From: an uncultured virus (IMG/VR IMGVR_UViG_3300029920_000005)
Taxonomy: Duplodnaviria; Heunggongvirae; Uroviricota; Caudoviricetes
DNA: 64,000 nucleotides
IMG/VR virus record: IMGVR_UViG_3300029920_000005
Reading direction: 5' to 3' (one strand)
The position numbers were made by a program, and so were the translations under genes. The notes below the pieces were generated by a model. It did not search any database, had not been told where the DNA came from, and was given only the letters and a program-made list of their open reading frames with translations. The first letter of the stretch is position 1; each line of letters begins with the position of its first letter. Positions 18,383-26,679 of the stretch are shown piece by piece.

Positions 18383-19245
18383 GTATCAAGCTGATGTCCC
18401 GCGCCTGGGAAATGGAAATCCCCACTGGACAAAAAATGATCCTCCTGGCACTGGCCGACCGCGCCAGCGACGAGGGTGAGTGCTGGCCGGGGAATGACGA
18501 ATTGAAGCGCAAGGGCAGCATGTCCAGCCGCTCGGTGGTAAGCCACATTGATTGGCTTGAAGACCATGGCCTGGTGCGCATTGAGCGTCGACAGAAAGGG
18601 AATCTTCGCCAGTCGAATCGCTACATCGTCACACTCGATTCGTATGTAGCGGCCGGCGGGCTGGTTAGATCAGAAAGTGCAAATTCTGCACATGCAACCG
18701 TTGCACATGCAAATTTTGCACATGCAGAATCTGCACCCCCGAATGTGCAAAATTTTCCAGTTGAAAGTGCAAATTCTGCACATTCCTTTAATGAAGATCC
18801 GTCATTGAACCATCAGTTAGATCCATCACTGGTGCAGGCAGCTGCTGACGCAGTGCCTAGGCCCCGCAATACTCGTCCGAAATCAGAGCCCAACCCCCTG
18901 AACGTCGATACGTGGAAAGCCTACAAGGCCGCCTACGTTGTTCGCTACGGCGTGCCGCCCGTCCGGAACCAGAAGGTCAACGGACAGCTCGCCAATCTGG
19001 TGAAACGCTTGGGCGCCAATGCCCCTCAGGTTGCCGCGTTCTACGTCGAGAGCGGTAACGGGTACTACGTCAGCCGTGGCCACTCTGCTGACTGCCTGCT
19101 GGCTGACGCCGAGAAGCTACACACCGAGTGGGCGACCGGGCGCCGGGTGACCCAGTCCACGGCTCGCCAAGCCGATGCCACGCAAGCCAATCTCGAAACC
19201 CACAACGGCGCGCTTGAAATCCTGCGTCAGAAGGGGCTGGCATGA
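18379..19245 (+). CDS. Replication initiator (O-like, HTH_36)
   Basis: MSIKLMSRAWE...KMILLALADRASDEGECWP; internal iterons. Confidence 0.9.
   Translation: MSIKLMSRAWEMEIPTGQKMILLALADRASDEGECWPGNDELKRKGSMSSRSVVSHIDWLEDHGLVRIERRQKGNLRQSNRYIVTLDSYVAAGGLVRSESANSAHATVAHANFAHAESAPPNVQNFPVESANSAHSFNEDPSLNHQLDPSLVQAAADAVPRPRNTRPKSEPNPLNVDTWKAYKAAYVVRYGVPPVRNQKVNGQLANLVKRLGANAPQVAAFYVESGNGYYVSRGHSADCLLADAEKLHTEWATGRRVTQSTARQADATQANLETHNGALEILRQKGLA
18673..18783 (+). repeat. Replication origin iterons
   Basis: Repeated TGCACATGCA units and two copies of GAAAGTGCAAATTCTGCACAT inside the initiator gene. Confidence 0.8.
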
Positions 19246-19904
19246 GCGCCGAGAAGATTCTTGAAGCCATCACCGTAACATCTGAACTGACCGGCACCAC
19301 GTTATCGGAAACGGCCAAGGCCATGATGACTGAGGACCTGCTGGCCTACCCGCTGCCCGCCGTGATGCATGCCCTGACGCGCTGCCGCAAGGAATTGACG
19401 GGACGCTTGTCGCTGGCGGCTGTACTGGATCGACTGCAGGGCTGCGATGGTCGACCCGGCGCCGAGGAGGCATGGGGGATGATCGCCGCCAGCCTGGCTG
19501 ATGAGCGGGTTAGCGTGGTCTGGTCGGAGGAAATGGCCCTGGCATCTACTGCCGCATCACCGCTGATCCAGATTGGCGACAAGGTCGGCGCCCGAATGGC
19601 ATTCCGTGAGACCTACGAACGGGTCATGGCTGAGGCCCGGGAAACCGGGCTGGCACCGAAGTGGACGCTATCCGCCGGCACTGATCGTGCAGGGAGGGAG
19701 AGTGCAATCAAAGTCGCCGTGCAGGCAGGGCGATTGACCACTTCTCATGCTGTCGCCCTGCTGCCGAGTGAATCCACCGAAATGCGGCACGAAATGCTGA
19801 CCGGGCAGGTGCTGAGCATCGAGGACAAGCGCCGCGCGGCCATTGCTCTTGGGAAGATTCAGGGACTGCTGGCGGCGAAGATTTCGCAAGGGGAAACGGC
19901 ATGA
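19242..19904 (+). CDS. Helicase loader-like replication protein (P position)
   Basis: Follows the initiator; DGRPGAEEAW, GARMAFRETY. Confidence 0.7.
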   Translation: MSAEKILEAITVTSELTGTTLSETAKAMMTEDLLAYPLPAVMHALTRCRKELTGRLSLAAVLDRLQGCDGRPGAEEAWGMIAASLADERVSVVWSEEMALASTAASPLIQIGDKVGARMAFRETYERVMAEARETGLAPKWTLSAGTDRAGRESAIKVAVQAGRLTTSHAVALLPSESTEMRHEMLTGQVLSIEDKRRAAIALGKIQGLLAAKISQGETA

Positions 19905-20353
19905 CCGATACCGTCTACCGCGAGTTTGAGTTGAAAAGCGAAAGCGTCGCTGGCGCGCTATGGCAGTTCCTGAAACTCAACGCAAAAGCGCTCTCAGAAG
20001 CCGGTAAGCCCCTGTGGTGCATCGTTACCAATGACGCCAAGAAGCGCAACAACCTGCAGAACGCCAGGTACTGGAAGGCAGTACTGAAACCAATTGCAGA
20101 TCAAACCTGGGTGGCCGGTCGGCATTTTGAATCCAAGGCTTGGCATATCCACTATGCCGAAAAGTTCCTGCCGATGATCGAGGTTCCCATGCCAGACGGC
20201 AGTATTCGACTGGAACGCACGTCGACCACCGACCTGAAGGTCCGCGAGTTTTCGGAGTACATGCAGCAAGTTGAGGCTGATGCGGCTACTGAGCTTGGCG
20301 TCCGGTTCGATGCTGATCCGAGTCAGCGCCAGGCAGGAGGGCGTGGGTTATGA
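19901..20353 (+). CDS. ninB: NinB-like recombination protein
   Basis: KRNNLQNARYW...STTDLKVREFSEYM..VEA.AA..LGV. Confidence 0.85.
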   Translation: MTDTVYREFELKSESVAGALWQFLKLNAKALSEAGKPLWCIVTNDAKKRNNLQNARYWKAVLKPIADQTWVAGRHFESKAWHIHYAEKFLPMIEVPMPDGSIRLERTSTTDLKVREFSEYMQQVEADAATELGVRFDADPSQRQAGGRGL

Positions 20354-20658
20354 CTACCAAGGCGGAGAAAGCTCACATGAACCGCGTGGCCGAGATTGGC
20401 TGTATCGCCTGCCGCAAAGTCGGCTTCTACGGCACGCCGGCAGAGCTGCATCACATCCGCGAGACGGCCGGTATGGGTCAGCGATCTGATGCTGATGAGG
20501 TTATCCCGCTCTGCCCAGCGCATCACCGAGGAATCATGCATCCGGCCGTGCCGAGTATCCACCTTGCGCGCAAGGCGTTCATGCGCCAGTTCGGCAAAGA
20601 AGCCGATCTGGTTGGAGAAGTGAATGAGATTTTGAACCCAAGGGGAATGGCGGCATGA
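20350..20658 (+). CDS. Ref-like HNH nuclease
   Basis: GCIACR, ELHHIR, IPLCPAHHR. Confidence 0.8.
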   Translation: MTTKAEKAHMNRVAEIGCIACRKVGFYGTPAELHHIRETAGMGQRSDADEVIPLCPAHHRGIMHPAVPSIHLARKAFMRQFGKEADLVGEVNEILNPRGMAA

Positions 20659-20749
20659 GGCGAACAGGAATGAGAAAGCGGGTATACCGCGTGGCACTGG
20701 CCGTGGTGGTGGCCTGCACCGTGATATTTCCGTTGGCGATGGGGCTGCG

Positions 20750-20935
20750 GTGATCTGGCACCGGGTGACGGATCTGTGTATCGAGTCCGGCGCCTGGCGG
20801 ATTTTTCGATATCCGATGGGCGACCCGGAATATTTCGAATTGTGGTGCTGGCCGAAGTTTATCGGGCGGTTTGATACATCGGAACAAGCAAAGGGGAGTG
20901 CATTAAGTGGAGCAAAGCAATCAGCAGGAGGTTGA
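20750..20935 (+). CDS. Hypothetical protein
   Basis: 61 aa in the nin region. Confidence 0.45.
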   Translation: MIWHRVTDLCIESGAWRIFRYPMGDPEYFELWCWPKFIGRFDTSEQAKGSALSGAKQSAGG

Positions 20936-21251
20936 CCCGACTGGCACCGATCAGCACCAGCCCGGCGCAAAGTTGGACGCAGGCAAGGTACGGCCAGACC
21001 TGATCCTGTCCGGCATGCCGCGCGCGCTGCTGGCGGTCGCCCAGGTAGCCACGTTCGGCGCCGCGAAATACACAGAGGGCGGCTGGCAGGCTGTGCCGGA
21101 TGGAATCAAGCGCTACACCGCCGCTATGGATCGCCACCGTCTCAAAGAGACGTTCGAACCGGTTGATGCCGATTCGGGTATTGCCCATCAGGCGCACCTC
21201 GCATGGAACGCGCTGGCGCGGCTGGAATTGATGTTGCGGGAGGTTGTATGA
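20907..21251 (+). CDS. dATP/dGTP diphosphohydrolase domain protein (DUF5664-like)
   Basis: GAKLDAGK, FGAAKY..GGW, DADSGIAHQAHLAWNAL. Confidence 0.85.
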   Translation: MEQSNQQEVDPTGTDQHQPGAKLDAGKVRPDLILSGMPRALLAVAQVATFGAAKYTEGGWQAVPDGIKRYTAAMDRHRLKETFEPVDADSGIAHQAHLAWNALARLELMLREVV

Positions 21252-21378
21252 GGCACGCAGTATGTCCGCCAGTGTTTACCACGGCGATTTGGATTGAGCT
21301 GGCCGTCTTCGTCGCGATGTGGGCGGGCGCGATGTGGGCGATTCATCGGATGGAGCGGGATTTCGAGGAGGGGAAGAA

Positions 21379-21582
21379 ATGAAAGTGACAATCACCGAAG
21401 GGCTGATCCTGATCGAGGGCTTTGACCGGCCGGCGACTGCCGGGGCAGTGGGCCACTCGTGCCGCACCGCCGCGCAAGAGGCCGCGGCCTGGGCCGTGAA
21501 GCGACTGGGCGAGGAGATGGAAAAGTCGCTCGCCTTCTACCGGACCGGCGAGCCGATCGACAACATTGCGACGGGCGATTAA
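21379..21582 (+). CDS. Hypothetical protein
   Basis: GAGG RBS, 67 aa. Confidence 0.5.
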   Translation: MKVTITEGLILIEGFDRPATAGAVGHSCRTAAQEAAAWAVKRLGEEMEKSLAFYRTGEPIDNIATGD

Positions 21583-21927
21583 ATGACCAGTGCTACGGAG
21601 CGCATGCAGGCGCTGGGGCGACTCAAGACCGGCGCCATGAACAAAACCGAAGCCGCGTACGCGCAACTGCTGGAGATGCGCCGCCAGGCCGGCGAGGTCG
21701 ATTGGTACAAGTTCGAGGGTATCAAGTTCCGACTGGCTGACAACACGTTCTTCACTGTTGATTTTGCCGTTATGAGAAGCGATGGCGTTATGGAGATGCA
21801 TGAGGTTAAAGGCTTCATGCTTGATGACGCAAATGTGAAGATAAAAGTTGCGGCATCGCTGTATCCGTTTGTCTTCAAAGTTATTCGAAAAGGAAGGGGC
21901 GGATCATGGCAAGTGACCGAGATATAG
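21583..21927 (+). CDS. DUF1064-like PD-(D/E)xK endonuclease
   Basis: MNKTEAAY, FTVDF, HEVKG. Confidence 0.85.
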   Translation: MTSATERMQALGRLKTGAMNKTEAAYAQLLEMRRQAGEVDWYKFEGIKFRLADNTFFTVDFAVMRSDGVMEMHEVKGFMLDDANVKIKVAASLYPFVFKVIRKGRGGSWQVTEI

Positions 21928-22568
21928 AGCGCTTTCTGGCGAAGGCGATCAAAAGGGATAGTGGCTGCTGGGACTGGGTTGCTGGCAAGAAGGGCGGCGG
22001 ATACGGGGTCTTTTATCTGAACGGCAAGGTGAGAGGGGCGCACCGAGCCTCGCTATTTCTTTTTAAAGGCCATGATCTCGATACCCCGCTTGACGCCATG
22101 CATTCTTGCGACAACCCAGCATGCGTCAACCCGGATCACCTTGTTTATGGATCTAGGACGGAAAACATGCGTGACGCATCAACTAAAGGGCGAATTGTCA
22201 GGGCTCAGGATTGGCATGGTGAGCAGAATCCAAAATCAAAATTGTCGAGTAGGCAAGTTCAGGAAATTATCTGCTTGGCGGCGAGTGGTTCAACAAGAAC
22301 CGAGATCTCGGCAAGGTTCAAGGTATCTGACGTTAGGGTCTCTCAGATTCTAAAGTCAGCAGGGATGTCTTCTGCGCTAACGGCAACTGAGGCGGCGGCT
22401 CGGGTGCGCCGCGCGAAAACGCATTGCAAGCGCGGGCATCCGTTGAGTGGCGATAACCTTCGAATTAATACAAACGGGGGCAGAATCTGCATCCAATGCA
22501 ACAAGGCAAATGCATTGGCAAGGAAGACAAAGAAGGACGGCGGCGGCTGGGCGGTAGAAGAATTTTGA
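21906..22568 (+). CDS. HNH homing endonuclease
   Basis: CWDW, AHR, HSCDNPACVNPDHL, THCKRGH. Confidence 0.9.
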   Translation: MASDRDIERFLAKAIKRDSGCWDWVAGKKGGGYGVFYLNGKVRGAHRASLFLFKGHDLDTPLDAMHSCDNPACVNPDHLVYGSRTENMRDASTKGRIVRAQDWHGEQNPKSKLSSRQVQEIICLAASGSTRTEISARFKVSDVRVSQILKSAGMSSALTATEAAARVRRAKTHCKRGHPLSGDNLRINTNGGRICIQCNKANALARKTKKDGGGWAVEEF

Positions 22569-22606
22569 TTATTGGGGCGTAATTCAAAAAGGGGCGGGCA
22601 AGGGCG

Positions 22607-23155
22607 ATGATGTATCTAAACGACGAGCATGCAATTCGAAAATGTTTCGAAACATTGGAGCGCAACGGGCTGAAAATCGCCACCTACGGGGAGAATGTGC
22701 CGTCAACCGGCAGCAAGCTGAGCATTGGGGAATGCCACGTCAATGCTGCCTGGGTGATTAAATGGTTGATGGAGCTGCCAGCGCATCAGGGGCTGGTGCT
22801 GCGGCTGAAGTATGGCACCGACAATGAGACTCGCCGCGACGTGACGCTGGATCTGTCCTCGTTCGTGGTGCTGGAGATGGGGCGTGCGAGTATCAACAAA
22901 GCGCAGGCCCATTTCATTCTGTCGATGTGGGCGCAGCCTAAGCTGATTGCGAAAGAATACGCATCAGGGTGCAGGCCGGAAAAGAAGATCACGCCGGCCG
23001 ATTATATTGACGCGTTCGACGTCAGTCCGGACTCGGCCACCAGGCATATCCGACGCGTGTTCGACCTGGTGGATCGCTGGCGCCGGGAGGCTATCGCCGC
23101 TGTCCACCCCAAGCTGCAAAAACTGATCAGAGAGGATTTGGCGATGGTTGCTTGA
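22607..23155 (+). CDS. Putative late antiterminator (Q position)
   Basis: Last nin gene, immediately followed by a consensus promoter. Confidence 0.6.
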   Translation: MMYLNDEHAIRKCFETLERNGLKIATYGENVPSTGSKLSIGECHVNAAWVIKWLMELPAHQGLVLRLKYGTDNETRRDVTLDLSSFVVLEMGRASINKAQAHFILSMWAQPKLIAKEYASGCRPEKKITPADYIDAFDVSPDSATRHIRRVFDLVDRWRREAIAAVHPKLQKLIREDLAMVA

Positions 23156-23180
23156 CGCGAACTGCGGATTTGACTACTAT
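23152..23180 (+). promoter_or_regulatory. Late promoter PR'
   Basis: TTGACG-17bp-TACTAT. Confidence 0.75.
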
Positions 23181-23290
23181 AAACATGTAGTCTGCAATTT
23201 TTGCGTCTACCAGAAATCAAACCCGCCAGCGCCAAGCGTTCGCGGGTTTGATTCATTCCAGCACCACACCAAATTCATAACCCCACATCT

Positions 23291-23479
23291 TCACCGGTGT
23301 GGGGTTTTTTGCATCTCAGTAATCAGCAACTGACGGATAGCTGCGGCACCGACTTCACCGGCCCACGCCTTCACATCGGGCGGCACTTTGACAGTGAGAG
23401 CGACGAGGCCAGCGGCTCCGTCTTCTGCCTTGCGGCCGGCGCCCGGTCGAGCGCCTCCGCGTTTTGGTTGTTCGGCCAT
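23291..23479 (-). CDS. Aca-like small DNA-binding protein (RGGARPGAGRK + RHH-like)
   Basis: Last gene of an antisense operon, after the AcrIC5-like gene. Confidence 0.7.
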   Translation of the reverse strand: MAEQPKRGGARPGAGRKAEDGAAGLVALTVKVPPDVKAWAGEVGAAAIRQLLITEMQKTPHR

Positions 23480-23480
23480 G

Positions 23481-23819
23481 TCAGTTCAGAACGAAGTCTT
23501 CGTCGAATTTTGCCTTGTGCGCAGCCATGTAGGCGTCGAGAAATTCTTGATCGGTCTCGACTGTGCCATGGATTTGCTCGCACAGCTCGTCGTCCATCAG
23601 CGCGCGCGCTGCGGCCATATCCACCGGCTTGCCATTGAGCAGTACGTCAGTAGCGACTTCGGTGACAACGATTTCGCTGGGTTCGCCCAGCCGTGCAACC
23701 ATGTCCGCTTCGGACTTGTAGCCAGCATCTTGCGCTGCGATATCACGGGCTTCCTGTGCGGTTTCGGCTTCGATGATGCCAAAGTCACATGCGTTTGCTA
23801 CGACGTTAAATGCTTTCAT
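23481..23819 (-). CDS. Two-domain anti-CRISPR: unknown 55-aa domain fused to an AcrIC5-like domain
   Basis: C-terminal LNGKPVDMAAARALMDDELCEQIH...TDQEFLDAYMAAHKAKFDEDF matches my recollection of AcrIC5 (LNG..ID..AA..LMD.EL...LH...DQEFLDAY..AH.AKF); AGGAG RBS. Confidence 0.8.
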   Translation of the reverse strand: MKAFNVVANACDFGIIEAETAQEARDIAAQDAGYKSEADMVARLGEPSEIVVTEVATDVLLNGKPVDMAAARALMDDELCEQIHGTVETDQEFLDAYMAAHKAKFDEDFVLN

Positions 23820-23860
23820 GATGCGCTCCTGAGTGAGTGGTGTTTCGTTCCGTCCTGCTA

Positions 23861-23896
23861 TGATTGAATAGTATACCAATCAAACAGGATCCGCAA
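23861..23896 (-). promoter_or_regulatory. acr promoter with inverted-repeat operator
   Basis: TTGCGG-17bp-TACTAT; TGATTG-N10-CAATCA straddles the -10. Confidence 0.75.
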
Positions 23897-23948
23897 GATT
23901 TATTTGAGCCGCGCTTGCGAGTGTGGCTTTTTTGCATTCTGGGCACCC

Positions 23949-24146
23949 ATGAAGCTATCCGTCACCATTGGCACCGACTACCAGCTGCCTACGGGCCGGT
24001 ACGCGCGCTGTGTCGCCATCGAGCATCACCAGGTGTCATTCGTCTATTGCTGCTCAGGCGAGCCGGTAGCGATCCCAATGCAGCACGCATGGGAGCTATG
24101 GGGCCATCCGGCACCGTACGCTGCTTTCGAAGGGGCCGCGTCATGA
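23949..24146 (+). CDS. Hypothetical protein
   Basis: MKLSVTIG..., coupled to the next ORF. Confidence 0.5.
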   Translation: MKLSVTIGTDYQLPTGRYARCVAIEHHQVSFVYCCSGEPVAIPMQHAWELWGHPAPYAAFEGAAS

Positions 24147-24292
24147 TCGGACTTAAGACAGAAGATCGCCAGGGTGAGCATTCACTCGGTCGGATCGCCG
24201 AGGCCGCGCACGAAAGCCGGCAGGGCGTCGAGGATCCGGAAGACTGGATTGAGGCCGGCACGCAGCAGATAACCGAAGACGAGCAATCATAG
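24143..24292 (+). CDS. Hypothetical protein
   Basis: 49 aa, ATGA overlap. Confidence 0.4.
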   Translation: MIGLKTEDRQGEHSLGRIAEAAHESRQGVEDPEDWIEAGTQQITEDEQS

Positions 24293-24538
24293 CGAGAACG
24301 CCATGCCTGATATCGAACCCCAAGTCGCCGAACACCCGGCGCACCAGTTCCTAGACGCGATTCTGGAATGTGCCAGACAGCTAGGCGGCGATGCGCAGGG
24401 TGAGCTCCAGTATTTGGTGGGCGAGGTGCGGAAGGTGCTGTAACAACAACTGGTATTGTCGGGTGCTGATATAACCCCGGCAAAAACGCATCAAATCACC
24501 TAAGTGGTATTACGTGACGCCTAGGAGGCGATGCCCCT

Positions 24539-25351
24539 ATGGCTAGAGAACTTACACCAAAACAGCAGAGATTCGTCGAAGAGTACCTGCTTGACCTTGA
24601 CCCAGAACAAGCGGCACTAAGGGCTGGGTACAGCCCAAGCGTGGCAAGGTCAAAGGCGTTTCAATGGGTAAGCAAAAGTAAGCAAAATCCCAGCAAGAAT
24701 ATTGCTGTTGCCGTGCAAAAAGCGATGCAAGCGCGCTCAGAAAAGACCGGCATTACAGCTGAGGCTGTGTTGGAGCGACTGTGGAATATTGCCACTGCCG
24801 ATCCGAATGGTCTGGTCGAATACCGCCGCAACTGCTGTCGGCACTGTTGGGGCGAAGACCATCTATTTCAGTGGACGGAAGGCGAGTTTACCGAGGCGCA
24901 GCGCAAGGCCGACGACAAAGGCGACGATCCCCCCGAAATTCAAGGTGGCTTTGGTTTCAATGCCACCCGCGTACCGCACCCCGAATGTCCAGAATGCGGT
25001 GGCGATGGACGCGGGCACGTTCACATCCACGACACGCGCAAGGTCAAAGGCGCCGCCCGTCTGATCTATGCCGGCGTAAAGCAAGGCAAGGATGGCACTG
25101 AGCTGAAGATCGTCGATCAATTATCGGCTCTGAAACAGGTTGCCGAGCACGTTGGATTGTTTCGCGACAAGGATGCGAATAGGCGGGCTCAGGAAGCGCA
25201 CGAATCACACATGGCGATTGCGGCCCTTGATGCGGAGACGAAACGCCTCGCCTTGGCTTCCCAAAAAACCACGGATCAATCGAGCGACGAAATGAGTTCT
25301 GAATACAGGTTGCCGGTCGATGAAGATATCCCCCAGAAACCAATCCTCTGA
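24539..25351 (+). CDS. terS: Terminase small subunit
   Basis: LTPKQQRFVEEYLLD...AALRAGYS; CRHCWG and CPECGGDG. Confidence 0.92.
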   Translation: MARELTPKQQRFVEEYLLDLDPEQAALRAGYSPSVARSKAFQWVSKSKQNPSKNIAVAVQKAMQARSEKTGITAEAVLERLWNIATADPNGLVEYRRNCCRHCWGEDHLFQWTEGEFTEAQRKADDKGDDPPEIQGGFGFNATRVPHPECPECGGDGRGHVHIHDTRKVKGAARLIYAGVKQGKDGTELKIVDQLSALKQVAEHVGLFRDKDANRRAQEAHESHMAIAALDAETKRLALASQKTTDQSSDEMSSEYRLPVDEDIPQKPIL

Positions 25352-26669
25352 AGCCGTCAAACTGACGCCAAAGCAGGCGAATATTTACGTATGGGGCTGG
25401 CAGCCAGAAGCCCGGTTTCGTGACGCGGTCTGCGGGCGCCGATTCGGTAAGACGTTCCTCGGTAAAGCCGAGATGCGCCGCGCGGCGCGCCTGGCTTCTC
25501 AGTGGGGTGTGAGCGTTGAGGATGAAATCTGGTACGCCGCCCCGACTTTCAAGCAAGCCAAGCGCGTTTTCTGGCGCCGACTGAAGCAGGCCATTCCGCC
25601 GTCATGGCGTGATGGTAAGCCGAACGAAACGGAGTGCGTCATCACCTTAAAGTCCGGCCACATCATGCGTGTGGTCGGGCTGGATAATTACGATAACCTG
25701 CGCGGATCGGGGTTATTCTTTGTCCTGGTCGATGAGTGGGCCGACTGTACGTACCGGGCGTGGGAAGAAGTGCTGCGCCCAATGCTGTCGACGTGCCGCT
25801 ACATTGTCGATGAGGCCGAGCGGCGCGGCGGCCATGCTTTGCGGATTGGCACCCCCAAAGGGTTCAACCATTGCTATGACACATACAGCAAGGGCCAGCC
25901 CGGTGGCGCCAAAGACCACAAGTCATGGTTATATACGTCGCTGCAGGGCGGCAACGTCCCGCCGGAAGAAATTGAAGTCGCCAGGTCCGACATGGACCCG
26001 CGTACGTTCCGGCAGGAATACGAAGCCAGCTTTGAAAATTTTGCCGGGCGCGTTTATTACGCATTTGACCGGCGCCATAACGTCAAGAAATGCCCACATA
26101 ACCCCGCATTGCCCATCCATGTCGGGATGGATTTCAACGTCAACCCGATGTCGGCGACGATTTTTCAGGAACAATCGGACGGCGAAGTGTGGCAGACCGG
26201 GGAAATCATTATCCCGACCAGTGATACCGGGGAGATGGCGAGAGAAATTAAGACGAGGTATGGGCGAATGGCGAATGGTGGCGCGCAGGACGTGTCGCAC
26301 ATCACCGTTTACCCGGATCCGGCCGGTGCGCAGCGCAAGACCAGCGCGCAGGGCAAAACCGACATTAGTATTCTGCGCGACGCGGGGCTGAGGGTGATCG
26401 CCATGTCGTCGCACCCTCTGGTGCGCGACCGCATTAATCTAGTCAATGGCCGCTTCTTGAGTGCCGCGGGGAAGCGAGCTCTTTATGTCGACCCGTCCTG
26501 CAAAGAGTCGGTCAAGTGCTACGAGCAGCTGACCTACAAAGAAGGCACGAACGAGCCAGACAAGAAAATGGGGCTGGATCACGTTCCAGACGCGACCGGT
26601 TATTATCTCTTCACCCGGTTCGCGCATACGCCAGCCCACGCAAAACACGTCCCGCACATGAATCGATAA
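25320..26669 (+). CDS. terL: Terminase large subunit
   Basis: GRRFGKT, LRG, VLVDE, GMDFN, DH..DA nuclease motifs. Confidence 0.95.
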   Translation: MKISPRNQSSEAVKLTPKQANIYVWGWQPEARFRDAVCGRRFGKTFLGKAEMRRAARLASQWGVSVEDEIWYAAPTFKQAKRVFWRRLKQAIPPSWRDGKPNETECVITLKSGHIMRVVGLDNYDNLRGSGLFFVLVDEWADCTYRAWEEVLRPMLSTCRYIVDEAERRGGHALRIGTPKGFNHCYDTYSKGQPGGAKDHKSWLYTSLQGGNVPPEEIEVARSDMDPRTFRQEYEASFENFAGRVYYAFDRRHNVKKCPHNPALPIHVGMDFNVNPMSATIFQEQSDGEVWQTGEIIIPTSDTGEMAREIKTRYGRMANGGAQDVSHITVYPDPAGAQRKTSAQGKTDISILRDAGLRVIAMSSHPLVRDRINLVNGRFLSAAGKRALYVDPSCKESVKCYEQLTYKEGTNEPDKKMGLDHVPDATGYYLFTRFAHTPAHAKHVPHMNR

Positions 26670-26679
26670 CAGGCTCCTC

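Noticed and set aside
20907..21251. Z-base (2-aminoadenine) genome pathway
   Set aside because: Only a DUF5664-like gene; no PurZ or dedicated polymerase in the window
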